Shown: positions 16,574 through 23,320 of the stretch, piece after piece | How the letters are laid out: every line of letters begins with the position of its first letter | How positions within the stretch are numbered: the stretch's first letter is position 1 | Source: Promethearchaeota archaeon | Lineage (GTDB): Archaea; Asgardarchaeota; Lokiarchaeia; Sigyniarchaeales; SOKP01 | Direction of reading: 5' to 3' | DNA: 23,320 nt | Assembly (NCBI GenBank): GCA_018238625.1 | Contig: JABCSY010000063.1 | Span: 1 to 23,320 of the forward strand | The notes under the pieces: model-generated | What the model was told of the DNA's origin: nothing | The model's input: the letters and a program-made list of their open reading frames with translations, nothing else | The model's database searches: none | Translations under genes and position numbers: made by a program

Positions 16574-18481
16574 TTAATCCATCGAATTTTCCTTGTCAAA
16601 ATACACTTCGTAAAACAATTCTTTTTCACCCACTTCAGGTGGATTAATTTTAGTATACCCTCCTTTTCGGATAATTTGGACCGTGCTTTTATTTTGAATG
16701 TGGATGCTGCCATAAAATCCTTTTATCCCTTTTTCTTTCGCGATGATAATTAAATGGTGATAGAGAAAGGAACCTATGCCTTTTCCTCTATAATCCTCTC
16801 TTACTACAAAACTATATTCTGCTAAATTCATGGTTGGATTTAAATAATAAGTAGCATTTCCTATCATAGCTTCGTTTCCGACCTCTCCCACATAAGCTCC
16901 GATAGAGAATACATTATTATAGTCGATATTTACTTCACTTTGAGTCTTAGAATGGGTGAATTCCTTCCTTACTTCAAAAAAGCGTAAATACCTATCTCTC
17001 TCGTTTAAGGAATAATAAAGCTCTTTTAATAAAGGCTCGTCAGTAGTTCTAACTGGTCTAACTACGATCTTTTCGTTATTTCTTGCAGTGTATATTGTTT
17101 CGTACTTGAAAGGATACATACAGATGTTTCCATGCTCGTCGCAAGGTAGAATTTGATCCGAATAAATATAATTTAACTTTTTCGCGTGTTCTAACAACTG
17201 TTCTCTAAATTTAGGATGAGCTACGCAAATTAGTTCAATAACTCGTTCTCTAATTGTCTTACCGTGCACATAAGCAACGCCCCATTCGGTAACTACGTAA
17301 TGAACGTCTGCTCGAGATAAAATTACTCCGGCACCTTCATCTAAATGAGGTACAATATTTGAAACGGTCTCATTTTTTCTTGTCGACGCGAGCACGACAA
17401 TCGGTTTTCCCCCTTTAGAAAAAGCTGCCCCCCTCATGAAATCTACCGTATCCCCAATCCCAGAATAGAAGTTATACCCTTTAGTAGAAGTATTAACTTG
17501 CCCCGTTAAATCAATTTGCAAACCTTGGTTTATAGAAACCATTTTTTTGTTCATTCCAATGTATTTTGGATTACAAACGTAGTCACTAGGATAAAACTCT
17601 ATATACGGGTTATTATTTACGAAGTCATACAATTTTTTAGTGCCTAACGCGAAACTTGTTATAATCTTTTCAGGGTGAAAATTTTTCTTTCTACAAGTTA
17701 GAACTGTGTTTTCTATCAAAGGAATTATATTATCCGTGATATAATGGCTATGCATGCCTAAATCTTTTTTACTCATTAAATATTTTAAGCAAGCGTTCGG
17801 TAAATAACCGTTACCAATATGAATCGTCGATTTGTTTTCAATTAAATTTGCTACATTCTTTCCAATTTTTCCCGAAACAATAATTTTTTCTTTAAATTGG
17901 AACTCTAATAGTGGCACATCGTTGTAAACGAAATAGTCGATGTCTTTCATGTGAATAAAGCTATTGCCCAAGGTTCGGGGCATTTGAGAGTTAATTTCAG
18001 CGATTGTTAAATAAGCAGCTTGGGCTATGGGTTTTGCCACATCAATGTTAATCCCAAACGAACAAAAACCGTAACGATCTGGTGGTGTGACTTGAATAAG
18101 AGCAACATCGCAATTTTTACGCCCTGAAAGAAATAAAGAAGGAATTTCGCTCGCTAATATTGGTGTATAATCAGCTTGCCCTTTATTTATCTCCTCTCGT
18201 AGGGTTTTACCTATGAAAAATGCGTTATGTCTAAAAAGATCTTCCCTTTTATCTTTAAAATATTTTTCAGGACCAATCGTAAGAAAATGTATAATCTCCG
18301 TATCAATTAAACTTTCAGAAGACTTAATTAACTCAGTAGTAAGCGCTTGAGGCTCTGAACACGCAGAATCTACGAATACTCGGTTTCCGGGTATTATTTT
18401 TCCTATAGCTTCCTTTGCGGTTATCTCTTTTGCCTTCCACCTTTCTCTCCAATTCTTATCTGATGAATCCAATTGTTTCAT
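16574..18481 (-). CDS. acetyl-CoA hydrolase/CoA-transferase-fold domain fused to C-terminal Pat-type GNAT acetyltransferase
   Basis: DVALIQVTPPDRYGFCSFG, IAEINSQMPRTLG, QIDLTGQV, DFMRGA and VHYVVTEWGVA mark the CoA-transferase fold. VRPVRTTDEPLL...RYLRFF...AEYSFVVREDYRGKGIGS marks the GNAT. Confidence 0.9.
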   Translation of the reverse strand: MKQLDSSDKNWRERWKAKEITAKEAIGKIIPGNRVFVDSACSEPQALTTELIKSSESLIDTEIIHFLTIGPEKYFKDKREDLFRHNAFFIGKTLREEINKGQADYTPILASEIPSLFLSGRKNCDVALIQVTPPDRYGFCSFGINIDVAKPIAQAAYLTIAEINSQMPRTLGNSFIHMKDIDYFVYNDVPLLEFQFKEKIIVSGKIGKNVANLIENKSTIHIGNGYLPNACLKYLMSKKDLGMHSHYITDNIIPLIENTVLTCRKKNFHPEKIITSFALGTKKLYDFVNNNPYIEFYPSDYVCNPKYIGMNKKMVSINQGLQIDLTGQVNTSTKGYNFYSGIGDTVDFMRGAAFSKGGKPIVVLASTRKNETVSNIVPHLDEGAGVILSRADVHYVVTEWGVAYVHGKTIRERVIELICVAHPKFREQLLEHAKKLNYIYSDQILPCDEHGNICMYPFKYETIYTARNNEKIVVRPVRTTDEPLLKELYYSLNERDRYLRFFEVRKEFTHSKTQSEVNIDYNNVFSIGAYVGEVGNEAMIGNATYYLNPTMNLAEYSFVVREDYRGKGIGSFLYHHLIIIAKEKGIKGFYGSIHIQNKSTVQIIRKGGYTKINPPEVGEKELFYEVYFDKENSMD

Positions 18482-18570
18482 ATCAATAGATTTAATCTTT
18501 TATTCTTATTGTATTATATTAGCTTCGTCCATTTTTAATATTTTTACTTATTATTATATCAAGATAGATT

Positions 18571-18870
18571 TTATGATCCATCCTCCTTCTTTTTAGTATT
18601 AATGTAAGGTGATTTTGCTTCCCAAGGAGCATCAGGATCCAAAGGATTCCACCGATTGTTTAAATGTCTTAAAAATTGCTTTTGACCTTCAATCCCTCCA
18701 TTTAATATTCTATGATAGTCGTATTTACCTTTAATCTTCCGTTGAAGTATAAAAATAAGTTCTTCCTCTGTCATATTATATTTTTCATAAATATCCTTGT
18801 AAAACATTCCTCGTCGGAATTCGTTGAAGGCATTGTTAACTTCAATTTTTTCATTTTCTTTAGATGTCAT
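18571..18870 (-). CDS. small hypothetical protein, possible HTH
   Basis: 99-aa ORF filling the gap. RRGMFYKDIYEKYNMTEEELIFIL is HTH-like. Confidence 0.65.
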   Translation of the reverse strand: MTSKENEKIEVNNAFNEFRRGMFYKDIYEKYNMTEEELIFILQRKIKGKYDYHRILNGGIEGQKQFLRHLNNRWNPLDPDAPWEAKSPYINTKKKEDGS

Positions 18871-18993
18871 GTAAGGAGATAAAAATTCTGTTGCTTAAAA
18901 ATTTGAATTATTAAATTGAATTAACTACTGTTGAAAACCAGAAAGATACATTAATCGTCCTAATACTTATTTGGGTATTTTATCCTCTCGGAA

Positions 18994-19299
18994 TTACCTG
19001 AATTTTAAAAAAAAAGAAATATATATTACTCCACTGCCAGAAATGACACACGCAATCAATGGAGGAATTAAATAAAAAATATATTGCTCAAAGTCTACGA
19101 ATAATAAAGGTACAATAAAAATTATCTGTAAAAATGTCACAATAAACATTAATCCTCCCAAAAAGAATAGGAATGTAATAATTATTAATTTCGAACTCAT
19201 AGCTCTACTTTCAATCATGATACAATTAACGCATATTCCTATCTTTTCCTCAAAATCCCCCTCAACGAGTTCTTGATCGCAGATTTCACAATTTGGCAT
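18994..19299 (-). CDS. small Zn-finger membrane protein
   Basis: CEIC-x15-CVNC followed by two hydrophobic helices. AGGAG at 19313-19309 upstream of the ATG. Confidence 0.8.
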   Translation of the reverse strand: MPNCEICDQELVEGDFEEKIGICVNCIMIESRAMSSKLIIITFLFFLGGLMFIVTFLQIIFIVPLLFVDFEQYIFYLIPPLIACVISGSGVIYISFFLKFR

Positions 19300-19453
19300 T
19301 ATTTTTTACTCCTAAATAAAATTAAATAAAAAGATTATACGATTATTTAAAATTCTTTTCTATTGAAAACGAATCTTTTAGAATATTAATTCTTATAACT
19401 TTCTTTCGCCAAAAATTGTAGTTTAGTAATTTATTTATATTCAAAAATTATTA

Positions 19454-19678
19454 ATGATCAATATGTCAAAATGTCCGTATTGTAATGCAGAAATTCATTT
19501 AGAAGATTTTTTCGAAGTTACTGAGAAAGAGACCAAAAAAGGAACAATTAAAAAAAGAATCGGAGAATTTAAAGGAGAAAAAGAATGGGTTGGAGTTGCT
19601 CGCAATAATGTCAGAATGTGGGTTTGTCCATCGTGCGATAAGATCTTGGGTTTTTCAGAATATGCTTATGCTAGTTAA
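19454..19678 (+). CDS. small Zn-ribbon protein
   Basis: CPYC...WVCPSCDKILG. The start may be the ATG at 19463 (MSKCPYC). A T-rich tract follows. Confidence 0.8.
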   Translation: MINMSKCPYCNAEIHLEDFFEVTEKETKKGTIKKRIGEFKGEKEWVGVARNNVRMWVCPSCDKILGFSEYAYAS

Positions 19679-19951
19679 TAATTCCATTTCTAAGATTTTT
19701 TTATTTTATTAATCTTTTTGAACAATGAGTTTATTGAATCGTATATCATAGTACTCTTTTTATATTTTTTATAAATAAAATCTTTAAAAATAATATTATA
19801 TATTATCTTCTTAAATCAATACTGTCTATTTAATCCAAAATGTTTAAATGTGATAAGATTGAAAATAAATGTTTTAAATTTTTAAAGAATTTAAAAAATC
19901 AAGAAATTCTAACAATACAATTAAATTAGATATTCAAATTAGTGAAATATT

Positions 19952-21934
19952 ATGTCAGAAAAAGACACAAAAATGGAAAGTGTACTCACTGAAAATCGGT
20001 TATTTAACCCCGTAGATGTCAGTCCCGACTATGCGAAAACTGGAATGTCAATGGAAGAATACCAGAAGTTATATAAACGATCCATAGAAGATAGGGAAGG
20101 GTTCTGGGACGAACAAGCTAAATCGATCGATTGGTTTAAACCATACGATAAAGTATGGGAAAAAACCGATCTATTTCCCGGAAAATGGTTTGTTGGCGGA
20201 AAACTTAACGTAGCCTACAATTGTCTTGACAGACATGTGAAAGCTGGCAATGGAGATCGAGTCGCTATTATATGGGAGGCTGACGAACCCGGTCAAGTGA
20301 GAAAATTCACATATACCGAGCTTTTAAAAGAAGTAAGTAAAGTAGCTAACGGTATGAGAGATTTCGGACTGAAAAAGGGCGATAGAGTAACCATTTGGTT
20401 ACCAATGATTCCCGAATTAGCGATTATAATGCTAGCCTGTGCTCGAATCGGCGTGATTCATTCCATAGTATTCGGTGGATTCTCGAAAGAAGCTGTGAAA
20501 GATAGAGTGAAAGATTCTGATTCGCGATTATTGTTTACGAGCGACGAAACTTTACGCGCTGGTAAGACTTACCCAAAAATGGCAGATGTCGTTAAGATTA
20601 TTGACGATGTACCAACAATCGAACACGTCATTGTCGTTAAGCGTTCAGGAAACGAAGTTCCTCACACAGATAAAGACATCTGGTATGATGATTTTATCGA
20701 CGGAATGAGCGACGAGTGTGAACCCGAAGAAATGGACTCCGAAGATACGCTATTTTTACTCTATACAAGCGGAACAACAGGAAAACCTAAAGGCGTTAAA
20801 CACACAACAGCCGGATATATCTTATATACATCGTTCACTCACAGAGTCGTATTCAATTACAAGAAAGGCGAGGTTTGGTACTGTACAGCGGATATTGGTT
20901 GGATAACGGGGCATAGTTATATTATATATGGTCCATTGGCAAATGGAGCAACCACTTTAATGTTTGAAAGCGTTCCAACATATCCTGATGTAGATCGTTT
21001 TTGGGACATTGTAGAACGCCATAAAGTCAACCAATTTTATACAGCTCCAACTGCAATACGTGCTCTAATGAGACACGGCGATGAACCAGTAAATAAACAC
21101 GACCTAAGCTCGTTAAAAGTCCTAGGTACTGTTGGAGAACCAATAAATCCTGAAGCATGGACATGGTACCATAGAGTTGTTGGTAAAGAGAAATGTCCTA
21201 TAGTTGATACTTACTGGCAAACTGAAACCGGTGGGTTTATTATGACCCCAATTGCTACAGCAACGCCCACAAAACCAGGGTCTTGTTGTATGCCTTTTTT
21301 CGGCATCAAACCAGTTATTTTTGACTTAGAAGGAGATGAAATTACCGAACCAAACGAAGGTGGATACTTCGCTATTCAAACTCCATGGCCGGGAATGTTA
21401 AGAGATGTTTGGGGCAATACTGATAGATTTATATCAACTTACCTCGAAAAGTATCCTGGACATTATTACACCGGAGATGGAGCACGAACAGATGACGATG
21501 GCTATTATTGGATCCTTGGACGATTGGATGATGTTATAAAAGTATCAGGGCACCGTATAGGAACAATGGAAGTAGAATCTGCTATAGTGAGTCATCCAAA
21601 GGTAGCGGAAGCTGCCGTAGCACCCTTTCCTCACAAGATTAAAGGGCAAGCTATTTGGGCGTTCGTGACGTTAATGGGTGGCATTGAAAAATCAGCAAAA
21701 TTATCGAAAGAGATTCGCATGCATGTTAGGCAAGAGATTGGTCCAGTATTTCAACCGGATGTAATTCAATTTGCTGATGCCTTGCCTAAAACGCGAAGTG
21801 GTAAGATAATGCGCAGAATTCTTAAAGCTATTGCTTCGGGCACAGAAATAGGTAATGTTACGACCTTAGCTGATCCTTCAGTAGTCGATGTACTGCTTGA
21901 AGAGCGTAAGAAAATGGATGTCGAAGTAGGTTAA
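19952..21934 (+). CDS. acs: acetate--CoA ligase (AMP-forming acetyl-CoA synthetase)
   Basis: LNVAYNCLDRH, YTSGTTGKPKG, CTADIGWITGHSY, VGEPINPEAW, DTYWQTETGG, GRLDDVIKVSGHRIGTMEVE, LPKTRSGKIMRR. Confidence 0.97.
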   Translation: MSEKDTKMESVLTENRLFNPVDVSPDYAKTGMSMEEYQKLYKRSIEDREGFWDEQAKSIDWFKPYDKVWEKTDLFPGKWFVGGKLNVAYNCLDRHVKAGNGDRVAIIWEADEPGQVRKFTYTELLKEVSKVANGMRDFGLKKGDRVTIWLPMIPELAIIMLACARIGVIHSIVFGGFSKEAVKDRVKDSDSRLLFTSDETLRAGKTYPKMADVVKIIDDVPTIEHVIVVKRSGNEVPHTDKDIWYDDFIDGMSDECEPEEMDSEDTLFLLYTSGTTGKPKGVKHTTAGYILYTSFTHRVVFNYKKGEVWYCTADIGWITGHSYIIYGPLANGATTLMFESVPTYPDVDRFWDIVERHKVNQFYTAPTAIRALMRHGDEPVNKHDLSSLKVLGTVGEPINPEAWTWYHRVVGKEKCPIVDTYWQTETGGFIMTPIATATPTKPGSCCMPFFGIKPVIFDLEGDEITEPNEGGYFAIQTPWPGMLRDVWGNTDRFISTYLEKYPGHYYTGDGARTDDDGYYWILGRLDDVIKVSGHRIGTMEVESAIVSHPKVAEAAVAPFPHKIKGQAIWAFVTLMGGIEKSAKLSKEIRMHVRQEIGPVFQPDVIQFADALPKTRSGKIMRRILKAIASGTEIGNVTTLADPSVVDVLLEERKKMDVEVG

Positions 21935-21938
21935 AATA

Positions 21939-21961
21939 TTTTTTTTATTTTTTTTATTTTT
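21939..21961 (+). terminator. oligo-T archaeal terminator after acs
   Basis: T8-A-T8-A-T5 starting 5 nt after the acs stop. Confidence 0.65.
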
Positions 21962-22029
21962 CTGAATTTATTAAATCGTTAATATGTAGGTTAAGGAGCA
22001 TTTTATATTTGTTTTATCCTATTAAAAGT

Positions 22030-22272
22030 ATGAACAAATGTCATAATTGCCACAGTTCAATAGCAGAAAATCAGATAATTTGTATGAATTGTGGAGCTCA
22101 AATAAAGCCACTTGAAGTAAAAATAAGAATATTTGGTTCCAGACGTAGACATTTCTTACTTATCCAGCATCCACCTTTAGCTGAGAAAAATCGGATTAAA
22201 TGGAGATATCGAGAACAAAAAGTAATACTAAAAGCTCCAAAGGGCAATATGACATTAGATAACTGGTTTTAA
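22030..22272 (+). CDS. small Zn-ribbon protein with C-terminal PIP-box-like motif
   Basis: The ATG at 22030 is more likely than the TTG at 22009. MNKCHNC-x10-CMNCG. Ends in NMTLDNWF. Confidence 0.7.
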   Translation: MNKCHNCHSSIAENQIICMNCGAQIKPLEVKIRIFGSRRRHFLLIQHPPLAEKNRIKWRYREQKVILKAPKGNMTLDNWF

Positions 22273-22605
22273 ATTAGCGGGCTATTTATTAATTGCATTA
22301 ACGCATTAGATTTATTACTATGTAAATTAAAAAAGAGTTTCCAGATAAATCTATATGAAAAAGGGGTAAGCTCTCATAGTTCTTTTTCAAGGGTGTTAAT
22401 CAATGAAACTTTAGGAGCCATTCCTATGCTCCATAGGAAAAAAATCAACAATATTTGTATAGTTTTAATAAAACCTTTTAAGAGGGTTAAACAAAGCGTT
22501 TATTGGGCTTTTTAAGTTATTACTCATTTTACTATTAGACTAAGAAGTTATTTCATTTAGTGTAAGTTTATTTGTTAAGTATAAAGCTGGTAGAGGTTAA
22601 CTTTC

Positions 22606-23320
22606 ATGAATTTAGAGGAAAAGGAGTATAAAAGTTATAAAACTTGGCTCCTTCACCATCTTTATAAAAATAAATTCTTGATATTGTTTGTTATAATAGG
22701 AATTATAATTGTTACTTTTACAAGAACTCTAATACCTATAGTTATCGGCGAGATTGTGGATGATGCTCTAATTGCGCTTGATTACGATAAATTCATAACG
22801 CTCATTATTATGGGGTTCGCAATTTATTCTATACGTAATGCTATGGAATATGTAACGATGATGACCGGCCACTATTTAGGATTGAAAACCGAACAAAATA
22901 TGAGACAGGAGTTTTTTGAGACTATCCAACATAAACCTCTAAGATATCACGATAACGCTAAAGCTGGGGATCTACAAGCCCTCGCAACCAATGATGTACG
23001 AGTAATCAATGCGATGATTTCCCATGGGGCTTTTTTTTTCTATCCCTTCTTTCAAGTAGCAATAACTTTATTTCTCCTTTTTACAACATTAGATGTAAGA
23101 TTAGCTTTAGCATGTATCCCCTTTGTTTTTTTTTATGTATACTTTATTTTGTATTATCGCAGAAAAATTGCCCCGTTTGCCGCTAAGAGGTTAAGAAAAC
23201 ATTCAAATTTAGCAATTATATTACAAGACAGTATAACGGGTGCTTCTGTCGTCAGATCTTTTGCCGCGGAAGGTTTAGAACGAACAAAATTCAAGAAGGC
23301 AGTAAATGCTTTTAGAGATA
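22606..23320 (+). CDS. ABC exporter (MdlA/MsbA-like TMD-NBD type), 5' partial, runs off the window
   Basis: Not in the ORF track. ATG at 22606 after GAGGT. The frame is open to the end: MNLEEKEYKSYKTWLLHHL...LIPIVIGEIVD...EQNMRQEFFETIQHKPLRYHD...GDLQALATNDV...LQDSITGASVVRSFAAE, typical of the ABC_membrane domain. Confidence 0.9.
   Translation, partial: MNLEEKEYKSYKTWLLHHLYKNKFLILFVIIGIIIVTFTRTLIPIVIGEIVDDALIALDYDKFITLIIMGFAIYSIRNAMEYVTMMTGHYLGLKTEQNMRQEFFETIQHKPLRYHDNAKAGDLQALATNDVRVINAMISHGAFFFYPFFQVAITLFLLFTTLDVRLALACIPFVFFYVYFILYYRRKIAPFAAKRLRKHSNLAIILQDSITGASVVRSFAAEGLERTKFKKAVNAFRD

Noticed and set aside
18873-18878. AAGGAG SD-like sequence beside the 18870 start
   Set aside because: It is on the plus strand, opposite to the gene, with no plus-strand ORF following.
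20718-20906. 62-aa alternate-frame ORF within acs
   Set aside because: Overlaps the highly conserved AMP-binding region and has no independent support.
1-23320. tRNA, rRNA, transposase, integrase or terminal inverted repeats
   Set aside because: No GC-rich structured RNA segment, DDE or tyrosine-recombinase ORF, or IS ends were recognisable by eye.

Overview
Very AT-rich archaeal DNA, most likely from an Asgard (Lokiarchaeia-like) genome. This is inferred from an archaeal TFB, an Arf/Rag-like small GTPase, oligo-T terminators and many small zinc-ribbon genes. The left ~2.8 kb looks like a decayed accessory patch: a fragment of a PsbP-like repeat protein, a frameshifted membrane-protein gene, a CpG-poor HEPN-motif gene and a truncated PD-(D/E)xK-like ORF. 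A minus-strand run follows: double-wHTH regulator, internally duplicated Zn-ribbon membrane protein, YqiA-like hydrolase, ECF-S/DUF2085-like fusion and two tandem paralogues. The centre holds a 1247-aa protein (degenerate small-GTPase fold, TPR/SNAP-like solenoid, three ~175-aa C-terminal repeats), tfb, and a Rag/Arf-like GTPase with extra N- and C-terminal modules. The right part has PAP2 and PHP phosphatases, a CoA-transferase-GNAT fusion whose catalytic Glu is replaced, small Zn-finger genes, acs, a Zn-ribbon protein with a PIP-box-like tail, and the 5' part of an ABC exporter that the ORF track missed. The best candidate systems are (i) a pseudo-CoA-transferase/GNAT acyl-CoA sensor that may acetylate the neighbouring Acs and (ii) a pseudo-GTPase solenoid scaffold paired with an active Rag/Arf-like GTPase. 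I saw no rRNA, tRNA, CRISPR array or transposase. All family calls come from motif recognition by eye, not database searches.
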